Assembly: GCA_035327665.1 (NCBI GenBank)
Contig: DAOLCW010000003.1
Coordinates: forward strand, 1,216 to 65,215
Reading direction: 5' to 3'
From: Kiritimatiellia bacterium
GTDB lineage: Bacteria; Verrucomicrobiota; Kiritimatiellia; CAIVKH01
Length of the DNA stretch: 64,000 bases
The notes under the pieces are model-generated. The model was not told the DNA's origin. It made no database searches and saw only the letters and a list, made by a program, of their open reading frames with translations. Shown here one piece after another: positions 29,689 through 38,190 of the stretch; the stretch's first letter is position 1, and the number at the start of each line of letters is the position of its first letter. The translations under genes and the position numbers were made by a program.

Positions 29689-31155
29689 ATGATCTTTCAT
29701 CCGGGGCGGGATATTTCCTTGCGGCGTGTTTCCCTGTTGAGTGGGGATCTTGTCGCCATTGCCGGTTCGATCTGGTTGTCGGCGATCTTGAGGTTGGGAC
29801 TGGAGGAGGGTAGCGAATACATTCAGAAGCATGTTCCCTCCCTCGTCGGTTCTGCCGGTCTGATCCTTCTTTGTTTCTACGCCGGTGGTATGTACGAGCG
29901 CCAGGCTTTAACCCGCAAAAGCCAAAGTTATCGATTGCCCTTGGTTACGGTGGTTCTCTCCATGATGTTGATTGTCGTGGCGTTTTATGCCAAGGCCGAC
30001 TATCAAATCGGTCGGGGAATTTTGCTGCTTGCGGGAGTGTTTGTATTTCTGGCCTCTTGGTTGATGCGGCACATGTACAGCCTCGCGGTGGGTCAGGGAT
30101 TGCTTTCCAAAAACACCTTGGTGGTCGGTGAAGGCCGCCCGGCTCATGAAGTGGTCCGGTTGATATCCGCCACTCCAGATGCCGGCTTCAAGGTTCTTGG
30201 TGTAGTCTCTAGCAAACGGGTACCTCCGGGAACCTTTGTCGGACCGGTTCCGGTGGTTGGGACCACGGATAGTTTGCGTGAATTGGTGGACGCGTTTGAA
30301 GCAGAAACCGTGGTGGTGGCTTCTTCCATGGCCCGGGAGCCTGCGTTGCTTCGGCTGCTTCGCCCCTTGCGATGCAGTGGCACCGAGGTGTTGGATTACA
30401 TTGCCATTCACGAACTGCTTTCGCAGGAGATCCCCCTGGATCATGTGAATGATGAATGGTTGATGAATGCGGCCATGAACGGTTCGGTCATCCACATCCG
30501 GAAGATCAAACGGATTATGGATGTCGCGGCGGCGGTGGTGGGGCTGATCCTTACCGCTCCGATTCTGCTTGTGGCCGCCGCTTTGGTGCGGGTGGATTCC
30601 CCGGGACCGATTTTGTACCGCCAGCGACGCTCGGGCCTGGACGGACGGGTGTTCACCTTGATCAAGTTCCGGACGATGCGAGAGGATGCGGAATCGGGAA
30701 CAGGGGCGGTCTGGGCGGATGCGCGGGACTCCCGGGTTACTCGAACCGGGCACTTCTTTCGCAAATGGAGAATTGATGAGCTACCGCAACTGTGGAATGT
30801 ATTGAACGGGGACATGAGTCTGGTCGGGCCGCGTCCGGAACGCCCGGAATTTGTGGAAACCCTTTCCTCCGCAATCCCCTTTTACAAGGAGCGTTTGCAT
30901 GTTCCGCCGGGTATTACCGGGTGGGCTCAAGTGAAGTATCCCTACGCAGCGAGTATCGATGCCGCCCGTCGCAAACTTCAGTTTGACCTGTATTACATCA
31001 AGCACATGGGATTTTTTCTGGACACAATGATCGTCCTGCGCACCGTGAAATCCATTCTTGTCGGGCTTCGCCATCATGCCGATGAAGATGCTGGGGGGGG
31101 CTCTACCCGGACGACCTCCCCGGAATCGACGACGGTGTCCAAAGCCCGTGCGTGA
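29689..31155 (+). CDS. exopolysaccharide-initiating polyprenyl-phosphate glycosylphosphotransferase (WbaP/EpsB-type bacterial sugar transferase)
   Basis: 488 aa with N-terminal TM helices. Motifs: KRIMDVAAAVVGLILTAPI, LIKFRTM, DELPQLWNVLNGDMSLVGPRPERPEF. Confidence 0.9.
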   Translation: MIFHPGRDISLRRVSLLSGDLVAIAGSIWLSAILRLGLEEGSEYIQKHVPSLVGSAGLILLCFYAGGMYERQALTRKSQSYRLPLVTVVLSMMLIVVAFYAKADYQIGRGILLLAGVFVFLASWLMRHMYSLAVGQGLLSKNTLVVGEGRPAHEVVRLISATPDAGFKVLGVVSSKRVPPGTFVGPVPVVGTTDSLRELVDAFEAETVVVASSMAREPALLRLLRPLRCSGTEVLDYIAIHELLSQEIPLDHVNDEWLMNAAMNGSVIHIRKIKRIMDVAAAVVGLILTAPILLVAAALVRVDSPGPILYRQRRSGLDGRVFTLIKFRTMREDAESGTGAVWADARDSRVTRTGHFFRKWRIDELPQLWNVLNGDMSLVGPRPERPEFVETLSSAIPFYKERLHVPPGITGWAQVKYPYAASIDAARRKLQFDLYYIKHMGFFLDTMIVLRTVKSILVGLRHHADEDAGGGSTRTTSPESTTVSKARA

Positions 31156-31691
31156 ACATGAGGGAAGAAGACCGGATAGAATCTGTCCTCCCCGTGCCAT
31201 TTGGGGGCCGGGCATGGTGGGTCCTGCATGTGCGACCGCGCTGTGAGAAGAAGGTTGCGGATGCGGTCACGCGTCGGGGTGGACTTTCCTACCTTCCCTT
31301 GCTGACCCGTAAACATCGCTATGGAACCCGTAAACGTATCTATCATGTCCCCCTGTTCCGGGGCTATGTCTTTGCCTTGTTGGACCCAATAAACACCTCG
31401 TGGTGTCGTCAAAACGACCAGGTCGCCAACGTCCTCGAGGTTGCCGATCAACAACCCTTGGTCGATCAGCTTCGCCAGCTTTATCAGGCCTTGGCCGTGG
31501 GGGAAGTCGTTGAGGTTCTGCCCTTCCTTCAAGTGGGTAAACGTGTGCGGATCACGTATGGACCCTTTAAGGATCTGGAAGGACTCGTTGTCCGGGTCAA
31601 GAATTCCACCCGGGTCGTTTTGCAGGTGGAGATGATTCAGCAATCGGTGGTGTTTGAGGCGGATAGCGAGTTGTTGGAGCCGGGGAGTTAA
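31152..31691 (+). CDS. NusG-paralogue transcription antiterminator (UpxY/RfaH-like)
   Basis: 179 aa. NGN-like WWVLHVRPRCEKKV...PLFRGYVF and KOW-like GKRVRITYGPFKDLEGLVVRV. The start (GTG 31152 or ATG 31158) overlaps the upstream stop. Confidence 0.8.
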   Translation: MNMREEDRIESVLPVPFGGRAWWVLHVRPRCEKKVADAVTRRGGLSYLPLLTRKHRYGTRKRIYHVPLFRGYVFALLDPINTSWCRQNDQVANVLEVADQQPLVDQLRQLYQALAVGEVVEVLPFLQVGKRVRITYGPFKDLEGLVVRVKNSTRVVLQVEMIQQSVVFEADSELLEPGS

Positions 31692-31851
31692 ACCCGAAAA
31701 CCGGAATTGGAACCGCAGAAGACTCAGAAGAACACAGAAATAATTCAATAGGGCAACGATTGCTAAGTAACAAATAGTTCCGTGCCCTGTTGCTCCAACC
31801 TCTTTATTTTTTTGGTTATCCACGTAATCTGCGGTTACGCAGGAGGGGTCA

Positions 31852-31959
31852 TCTCAAAACCCGGCTCACCTGGAAGGTTCGCCCTACCTCCCTTCGGTAT
31901 TTGCTCAGCACTTGCTGGTAGGGCGAGGTGTCTCGCCGAGCCGAAAACAGGTTTTGAGA
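31852..31959 (+). other. nested inverted repeat (long imperfect hairpin) in the 758-780 nt ORF-free leader
   Basis: TCTCAAAACC (31852-31861) pairs with GGTTTTGAGA (31950-31959). CGCCCTACC (31880-31888) pairs with GGTAGGGCG (31917-31925). There is also a GGCGAG-GTGT-CTCGCC hairpin at 31922-31937. Confidence 0.45.
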
Positions 31960-32470
31960 CAGCTTCAGGAGCGTGACCCCTCAGAACTGGTACGTCATCG
32001 CGATTGGCCTCCATGCTCGGTGTTTTCTCGAAATTGCAGTGAAGGATGGCTCGAAGCTAAAGGAGCCTCCCTCGCCGATGCCCTCCGGTTGGGCCGCCCT
32101 CTTATGCCTCTACAATCTCCGGTGATTCTGAATCCCTCAGCCCTCAATCGTCCTCCTTTCCGTGTTTTCCGCGACTTCTGTAGTTTAATTTCTTCCTCTT
32201 CCCTGTATTCACTGCTTGCCCTGCATACCTGCGGCGCTGCGCTTCGCTTATCGCTGCCTGACAAAGCGGTGTCGCTCCGGTTGGGGCCGGATTGCCTCCG
32301 CGTTCCAGACTGTCGTAAACCGAAGCGCAAAGCACGAAGCACCAAGGACGCGGCGAAGCCGCACCAAGCACTCAACGTGACATTTCCCCCTTTCGTATAG
32401 TTCGTTTCTTTCGTAGTGTAACCACCGTCCTCTTCATCCGTGTGTATCTGTGTCCATCCGTGGTTCCATC

Positions 32471-33253
32471 ATGCCTTTTTCCTTGAAGCAACTCGCCCTC
32501 AAGCTCGCCCCGTGGCTGCCGGGTTCTCTCCGCCGCGCCCTTCGCCAGCGCTATTACCTTCGTATCGTCAAAGACTACGCCGAATCCGACTGGGAGTGGA
32601 CCCCGTTCGTTAAGCCGCTGGTTCCCTCGGGCAGCCTTATTCTCGATGTCGGGGCCAATGTCGGCTACCTCTCCGGTCTTTTCGCCCGCTGGGTGGGCCC
32701 ATCCGGCAGGGTGGTATCCGTGGAACCTATCCCCGCCACCTACGACGCCTTGTCCTACAGCATGAAGAAGCTCTTCCCGAAGACAGTCACCGCGATACAG
32801 GCATGTGTGTCCGACCAGCCTGGTGAGGTGACCATGGCTGTCCCCGCCTACGAGGGTGGGGGCGCCAATTACTATGAGTCACATATCGTCGAAGCAGATT
32901 CCCATGAATCTGGGCAATCCTTCACCGTCGAAGCCACCACCCTCGATCTCCTGCTCCCTCCCTCTCCTAATAATCCTAATCGAAATCCCCCCCCTCCCTC
33001 CCTGATTAAAATCGACGTCGAGGGCCATGAGTTAGCGGTCATCCGGGGCGGCACCGGCTTCTTTGCACGTCATCAGCCTCCACTCCTCATCGAAGTGGCC
33101 GGAGATCCTGACCAACCTGAATCCTCTGCCGCCTGGCTCTTCTCAACCCTGGCTGATTGGGGATATCAGCCCTATTTGATTAAGGAAGGACAGCTTCTGG
33201 CCCGTCAGGCAGGGGACCAATCGGTCGACTATTTATTTTTGTCTCACCCCTAG
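32471..33253 (+). CDS. FkbM-family SAM-dependent methyltransferase
   Basis: LDVGANVGYLSGLFARWVGPSGRVVSVEP motif, IKIDVEGHELAV. I prefer ATG 32471 (MPFSLKQ) over the track start GTG 32450. It has the same CATCATG context as other genes in the locus. Confidence 0.8.
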   Translation: MPFSLKQLALKLAPWLPGSLRRALRQRYYLRIVKDYAESDWEWTPFVKPLVPSGSLILDVGANVGYLSGLFARWVGPSGRVVSVEPIPATYDALSYSMKKLFPKTVTAIQACVSDQPGEVTMAVPAYEGGGANYYESHIVEADSHESGQSFTVEATTLDLLLPPSPNNPNRNPPPPSLIKIDVEGHELAVIRGGTGFFARHQPPLLIEVAGDPDQPESSAAWLFSTLADWGYQPYLIKEGQLLARQAGDQSVDYLFLSHP

Positions 33254-33475
33254 CGTGCAACCGAACCCAGCACCCCGAACCCATAACGCTGAGGCTGGCC
33301 CTGAACCTATATTCCCATTACCGACAATTTTCCGGCATGGAGGATCGACAAAGCTCACGACAAAGCTCGCGACAAAGACATGAATACTGACTACGACCAA
33401 TGAAACATCACACGCCGACCCCCTAACCAATAACCCAAAACCTCCTACCTGCTGAACCCTTGCCCCCCTTTCTCC

Positions 33476-33504
33476 TTGACGACGAACGCGACTGTGTTTA
33501 TTTT
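33476..33504 (+). promoter_or_regulatory. candidate sigma70-like promoter giving a near-leaderless regulator mRNA
   Basis: TTGACG (33476-33481), 17-nt spacer, TATTTT (33499-33504). The ATG at 33515 is only 10 nt after the -10 element. Pattern match only. Confidence 0.3.
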
Positions 33505-33514
33505 GTTCTGAACG

Positions 33515-34006
33515 ATGAAAACAGGTGATCAGGCTGTTTCCGACGCCCTCTGGCAAATGATCGAAGCCGGGGGTAGAACCTCGCAAACGTTCGGGCTAAG
33601 TCGTTTGCTCGGACAGATCTACACATTGCTTTATTTGAAGTCAGACCCTCTCTCTCTCGACGAAATCGTCAACGAGCTGGAAGTGAGCAAGGCCAGTGTA
33701 AGCGTGGCCTGCCGCCAACTTCAATCGTTTGGTGCGGTCAAGCGGTCGACTCGAAAAGGGGACCGGCGGGATTTTTACGAAGCGGTTCAAGATGTGCGGG
33801 GTCTGATTCAAAATGGGCTGTTGCCGGCCATTGAGAAGAAACTCGACTCGGCCCGGATTCAGATCGAACAGTGTTTGGCCATGCTGGAAGCTGCGGATGG
33901 TAACCCCCGGGCGGAACAGCTTCGAACTCGACTTCATGAAGCGGAAAAACGCCGGGCCAAGATGGATAAGTTGCTGCGCAATCCATTGGTCCGCAGTATG
34001 TTGTGA
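33515..34006 (+). CDS. GbsR/MarR-family winged-helix transcriptional regulator
   Basis: 163 aa. SRLLGQIYTLLYLKSDPLSLDEIVNELEVSKASVSVACRQLQSFGAVKR is a typical wHTH of the GbsR/MarR type. Confidence 0.75.
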   Translation: MKTGDQAVSDALWQMIEAGGRTSQTFGLSRLLGQIYTLLYLKSDPLSLDEIVNELEVSKASVSVACRQLQSFGAVKRSTRKGDRRDFYEAVQDVRGLIQNGLLPAIEKKLDSARIQIEQCLAMLEAADGNPRAEQLRTRLHEAEKRRAKMDKLLRNPLVRSML

Positions 34007-34138
34007 CCTGTTATGTAGGTTGCCTTCACGATGTGGGCAAGCCTGACAAGTGAGCAAGGCCGGGTTGGGCTCGATCCCGCGAAAGCGGTTCGGGACGCGA
34101 CGGGGACGAAGTCTGCCGCCGCCTATGGCGGCGGAAGA

Positions 34139-34212
34139 GTGACAAGGTGGCAAGGGCAAAGGGTAACAAGGGGGCAGGGGAGCAAGGTATCAAGGGGACA
34201 GAGTGGCAAGAG
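34139..34212 (+). repeat. purine-rich degenerate octamer array (GGCAAGGG / GTAACAAGG / GAGCAAGG words)
   Basis: Read directly from the sequence. A CCGCCGCC-TAT-GGCGGCGG hairpin precedes it at 34116-34134. Segment 34160-34171 is the exact complement of 35484-35495. Confidence 0.85.
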
Positions 34213-34234
34213 AGCAATGTAATGGGCGAGTCCG

Positions 34235-34783
34235 GTGACGTTTCTTGAAATGTTGCAGGTTGCTTCGGATGCCTTCGAAACGGAAGGCGTTCAGTGCTTG
34301 CTGATCGGGGGATTGGCGGTCAATTACCATGGGTATAGCCGCAATACGCAGGATATTGATTTCATGGTGGCAGCGGTTGAACTTGATCGCGCCGATCGCG
34401 CGTTGAGAGATGCTGGATTTTCCAATGTGGAGCGAAGGCCCAACGTCGTTTTTTTCAGAAGGCCCGATGATGACCTGCGGCTGGATGTTCTGCATGTAGA
34501 GGAGGAGACATTCAAACAACTTTGGTCATCTTCTTTAACGATACATCCATCAGGCCATGCCCTTCGAATTCCGTGCCTTGAACATTTACTGGCCATGAAA
34601 CTATTTGCCTTGAAGACCAGTTGGGACCGGCGAGTTGCCAAGGATCTTCCCGACATCGCCAATCTCATCGTGATCAATGGGTTGGATATGAACGCCGTCT
34701 TGCGTCCATTATGTCATCGTTTTGCCGATGAGCAGATCTACGGTCGAATTGCTGATGAAGTGAAAAAGCTTGGCGGGTGCTGA
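34235..34783 (+). CDS. minimal nucleotidyltransferase-fold protein (MNT / DUF6036-like), cassette copy 1
   Basis: 182 aa. NTase signature LIGGLAVNYHGYSRNTQDIDF (GG...DxD). Alternative start at ATG 34250. Confidence 0.6.
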   Translation: MTFLEMLQVASDAFETEGVQCLLIGGLAVNYHGYSRNTQDIDFMVAAVELDRADRALRDAGFSNVERRPNVVFFRRPDDDLRLDVLHVEEETFKQLWSSSLTIHPSGHALRIPCLEHLLAMKLFALKTSWDRRVAKDLPDIANLIVINGLDMNAVLRPLCHRFADEQIYGRIADEVKKLGGC

Positions 34784-34975
34784 ATGAAGTTTGCCACACT
34801 GGATCATCAGGAATCCCCCCCGACAAGGGTGGACTTTATGCGCTGTCTCGAGTTTTGCGATTTCATGCGAACGCTCACGGATACGGAAAAGTTACGCAAG
34901 CAAAAGACGATGGAGAAGCAGATCGAAAAGGCGTTTACGATAAAAGGATGGAACGGGGGCAAGGGAACAAGGTAA
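34784..34975 (+). CDS. small ORF coupled (TGAATG) to NTase copy 1; hypothetical
   Basis: 63 aa. The start directly follows the NTase stop. Its 3' end is encoded by the octamer array, so the coding status is doubtful. Confidence 0.3.
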   Translation: MKFATLDHQESPPTRVDFMRCLEFCDFMRTLTDTEKLRKQKTMEKQIEKAFTIKGWNGGKGTR

Positions 34976-34994
34976 CAATGGAACAGGGGACAAG
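34946..34994 (+). repeat. purine-rich octamer array, second copy
   Basis: GGATGGAACGGGGGCAAGGGAACAAGGTAACAATGGAACAGGGGACAAG. Segment 34958-34972 is the exact complement of 35557-35571. Confidence 0.85.
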
Positions 34995-35022
34995 AAATAC
35001 ATAAATTGAACAAGGAGTGGTC

Positions 35023-35448
35023 ATGGTACAGAAGTTTGAGGAGTTGGATTGCTGGCAGGTAGCTCGGGAGTTGACCCGGGAAGTTTATTCCCTCACCGCA
35101 GGTGATGCTTGTCGAAGAGACTTCGGGTTTGTGGATCAGTTCCGTCGCGCCTCGGTTTCCATCATGAACAATGTCGCGGAAGGTTTTGAGCGGGGATCGG
35201 ATAAAGATTTTGTGAAATTTCTGTATATCGCCCGGGCTTCGGCAGGAGAAGTCCGCAGCATGACCTATGTGGGATTAGACCAAAACTATTTAAGCGAATC
35301 AGACTTCCAGAAATTACAGGATCTCTGCCGTCGTAGTAGCGCCCTGTGCTGGGGTCTCATCAAGAGCAAGAAATCCAATCTTGGCCTTGCCTCCAAACTC
35401 TCCCTGCTTCTCTTCACCGCCCTCATCCCCTTGCTGTATCGGACCTGA
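35023..35448 (+). CDS. four-helix-bundle protein (23S rRNA intervening-sequence protein family; Avd-like fold)
   Basis: Start ATG 35023, preceded by AAGGAG. Family hallmarks: FEELDCWQVARELTREVY, QFRRASVSIMNNVAEGFERGSDKDFVKFLYIARASAGEV. Confidence 0.85.
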   Translation: MVQKFEELDCWQVARELTREVYSLTAGDACRRDFGFVDQFRRASVSIMNNVAEGFERGSDKDFVKFLYIARASAGEVRSMTYVGLDQNYLSESDFQKLQDLCRRSSALCWGLIKSKKSNLGLASKLSLLLFTALIPLLYRT

Positions 35449-35457
35449 CTCTGAGAC

Positions 35458-35600
35458 TCCCTTGCTACCTTTCCCCTTTGCCACCTTGTTACCCTGCTCC
35501 CCCTGCCACCTTGCTACCCTTCTCCCTTGCCACCCTGCACCCTTGCAACCTTGTCCCCTTGTTCCCTTGCCACCTTTCCCCCTTGTAACCCTGTTCCCTT
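35458..35600 (+). repeat. 143-nt pyrimidine-rich octamer array (about 17 NNNCCYTG words), complement of the arrays at 34139-34212 and 34946-34994
   Basis: Reads CCACCTTG TTACCCTG ... CCACCCTG CACCCTTG CAACCTTG TCCCCTTG TTCCCTTG .... It ends 11 nt before the ATG at 35612. Confidence 0.9.
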
Positions 35601-35611
35601 CCTAATCTCCC

Positions 35612-36886
35612 ATGTCCCTCTGGGCCTTCAGATTTGTTTTGTTTTACCTGACCATCCTGCTGGTTCAGCCCCAGAATCGTTTTGTCATTCTGTGGCCGTT
35701 CCGAATTGCCTTGGTGTGTATGGCGTTGGCGTTCATCCTCCATGTTCTGTCTGCCAGTCAGGAAGGCCGCCCGATCATCCGTTTTGGACCGGCCACGATC
35801 ACCGCCTTGATTCTCATGGCGGTGTCCTGGCTTTCCAATCAGTTTGGGGTGTTTCAAGCCAGTAGTGGATGGAATGCCAATATCGACATCATTTGGAAGA
35901 ATGCTATTTGCTTAATTATGATTGAAGCGATGGCCACCACGGTGGAACGGGTGTGGGCGGTCTTCGGAACCATGTTGATGGCAACCCTGTGGTGGATCAA
36001 GGGGGGATTAAGGCTTTCGTCTGCGGGAGCGGTGTATGCGGGGGACCGTTTGATGGGTCCTGCGGTGGGGCTTGTCGAAAATCCGAATAGCTTTGCTTTT
36101 ATGATGACGCTGATGATTCCTATTTATCTCTACTTTTACCAAAACTCTCATATCAAGTGGATCAAGGGGGCCTATCTATTCTGCGCCCTTTCGGCGGTAT
36201 TTATCGCCCTGCAGACCGGGAGCCGAACCGGTCTTTTATGTTTGATTGCCGTGGGTGTGTTCATCCTTCCCAAATACGGAGCTAAATACAAAGGAACGCT
36301 GATTGCTGTGGGGCTTGCTGTTCCGATATTGCTGGGCTCGGTGGGCGCGATGAATCTCGAGCGTTACAAAACCATAGGTGACTCCATCTCTAATTTTTTC
36401 TCAGGCGCGCATGAGCAGATGGATCCATCCGAAATGAACGCGGATCAACACAGTGCTTGGGAGCGCAAGATGAAGAACAAGCATTCATGGGCGTTAATCT
36501 TAAGGTATCCGGTTTTTGGCGTCGGGGTAAATAAAAGTGATTCGATGCTTCCCGGTGAATTCGCGTTTGCGTTTGGTCAAGTACATAACGATTGGTTGTA
36601 TATAGGGGTCCAAATGGGGTTTATCGGCATGGGGCTGTATGCTTCGCTTATGATTTGTGTCTTCCTGTTCAGTTCGCGTATTCAGCGCGAAGCGAAAATG
36701 AACTGGCCAGCTTTATCAGACTTGGGGTGGACGATCAAATTGATGGGTGTGGTGTTTGTGGTTGGAGGGTTCTTTTCACCAATCGGCTGGAATCCACTAT
36801 TCATGGCCACGGCGGGGGCCTCCTCGGCGCTATGGCTCAATTACCAAAACAAGTCGTGGAACAAGGCGACGGAAAAATTCTATTGA
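35612..36886 (+). CDS. O-antigen ligase / Wzy-like polymerase family membrane protein
   Basis: 424 aa, polytopic. LQTGSRTGLLCLIAV motif and a large loop typical of the Wzy_C/O-antigen ligase family. Confidence 0.8.
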   Translation: MSLWAFRFVLFYLTILLVQPQNRFVILWPFRIALVCMALAFILHVLSASQEGRPIIRFGPATITALILMAVSWLSNQFGVFQASSGWNANIDIIWKNAICLIMIEAMATTVERVWAVFGTMLMATLWWIKGGLRLSSAGAVYAGDRLMGPAVGLVENPNSFAFMMTLMIPIYLYFYQNSHIKWIKGAYLFCALSAVFIALQTGSRTGLLCLIAVGVFILPKYGAKYKGTLIAVGLAVPILLGSVGAMNLERYKTIGDSISNFFSGAHEQMDPSEMNADQHSAWERKMKNKHSWALILRYPVFGVGVNKSDSMLPGEFAFAFGQVHNDWLYIGVQMGFIGMGLYASLMICVFLFSSRIQREAKMNWPALSDLGWTIKLMGVVFVVGGFFSPIGWNPLFMATAGASSALWLNYQNKSWNKATEKFY

Positions 36887-38160
36887 TGAGAAGTCGTTCC
36901 TTCAAGAATGGGGCAATGCCGGTTCTCCGCAATCGTGGCGCGGTGCTTGCGCTTCTCATTCTGGTCATCGGCTATGCTACACTTGTTGGCTACGACTGGT
37001 ATGCGCGTTTTGCCCGGTATCGATTTGAGATGCAGCTTTTTCATCTCCCCGAGCGTGCGATGTCGGGGATTGTTCGTGCTGCCGGAGTATACCAAACCAA
37101 TCAGATGGCCATACGGCGTGGCGGCGATTTGTCCTCGCTGATCGGGATCGCCAAGGCGGCTGAGCCGTATGTGGAGTTACGGTCTGCGGGGGTTCGCATT
37201 CGCGATCCTTGGGGATACTTCAATCCGGAGCCCGTTGGGGGAGAAGGGTCCCCATGTGTCGTGGTGGCCGGAGACAGTTTTATGGCGGTCGGCACCCATG
37301 CCGACATGCTTTCCACCGTTTTGCAGGAACGTATTCAGGGTCACGTTTATAATCATGCCTTGATTGGACATGGGCCTTTTTTAAGCGTGGAACGGTTTCT
37401 GCGGGACGAGCGATGGCTCGAGACTCCTCCGCGCTATTTGATCTGGGGTTTTGTCGAACGGGAAATTAGCGGTTCCTTTTTTGAGCGGTTTCGACACAGC
37501 ATCAGGACGATTCAGGAGAAAACGTCGCGTGAATCCAGCTCCGAAGGTGACCCCTCGGCCCCGATGATGGTTGAATCCAAGGCACTGATCGTGCATTGGC
37601 CTAATTTTAGACCCGAACGTTTGTCGGACTCTCTTCCAGCTTCCTCCTACTTGGCTCAAAGTTCGCAATGGGCATGGAATCGACTCCGGTATCTCGCGTT
37701 TGGGCGGATCCATCCGGATTTGGTGCCGGTTCATATCGATGAACTAGGAAAAGATCTTTTGTTTTACCGCTATCATATCGAGAATCTTCAGTTGGATGCG
37801 GACGCACGGCAGCTTCCTCTCGTGGTAGAGGCCATCCTAAGTCTGGATGACCTATGTCGCTCGCGAGGAATGACCCTGCTGGTATTGCTTGTTCCGGAAA
37901 AAGAGCAGGTGTACCGGGATTGGCTTTCCTCGGTTCTCGGTCGCGATCCAAACAGCTTCCCTCCGTCTTCGCTGAATGTTTTGACCACCGAATTGACCCG
38001 GCAAGGTATGGGCGAGCGCGTCATTAACCTATTGCCGGACTTTCGAGCGGCGGCCTTGGAGGATGGGCTCTTGTATTGGCGGGATGACACGCATTGGAAT
38101 CCACAAGGCATGGCACTGGCGGCAGATCGCTTGGCCTTGCTGATTCAAGACTGTGACTAA
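36886..38160 (+). CDS. AlgX/AlgJ-like SGNH-fold polysaccharide O-acyltransferase/esterase (membrane anchored)
   Basis: Start moved to ATG 36886 (overlaps the Wzy stop as TGATG, in frame with track ORF 36592). TM anchor AVLALLILVIGYA, VVAGDSFMAVG block and C-terminal RDDTHWNPQG block. Confidence 0.7.
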   Translation: MRSRSFKNGAMPVLRNRGAVLALLILVIGYATLVGYDWYARFARYRFEMQLFHLPERAMSGIVRAAGVYQTNQMAIRRGGDLSSLIGIAKAAEPYVELRSAGVRIRDPWGYFNPEPVGGEGSPCVVVAGDSFMAVGTHADMLSTVLQERIQGHVYNHALIGHGPFLSVERFLRDERWLETPPRYLIWGFVEREISGSFFERFRHSIRTIQEKTSRESSSEGDPSAPMMVESKALIVHWPNFRPERLSDSLPASSYLAQSSQWAWNRLRYLAFGRIHPDLVPVHIDELGKDLLFYRYHIENLQLDADARQLPLVVEAILSLDDLCRSRGMTLLVLLVPEKEQVYRDWLSSVLGRDPNSFPPSSLNVLTTELTRQGMGERVINLLPDFRAAALEDGLLYWRDDTHWNPQGMALAADRLALLIQDCD

Positions 38161-38190
38161 TCACGATTCATCATCGCGACGGATAAAACT

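Noticed and set aside
35023-35448. Four-helix-bundle gene as the Avd component of a diversity-generating retroelement.
   Set aside because: There is no reverse transcriptase gene and no template/variable repeat pair with adenine-specific differences in the window. The flanking repeats are degenerate word arrays, not TR/VR.
35346-35605. ORFs translated from the word arrays. Examples: 35346..35588, 35381..35605, 51245..51667, 51256..51594 minus, 57972..58250, 59146..59472.
   Set aside because: The translations are periodic low-complexity artefacts of 7-8 nt repeats (e.g. RIPYPASRIPYLASR). The frames are not conserved between element copies, and the repeat periods are not multiples of 3.
36592-36885. 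Upstream extension of the AlgX/AlgJ-like ORF (track start 36592).
   Set aside because: The extension overlaps the 3' end of the Wzy-like gene in another frame and has no motif content. ATG 36886 overlaps the Wzy stop (TGATG) and is followed by a plausible TM anchor.
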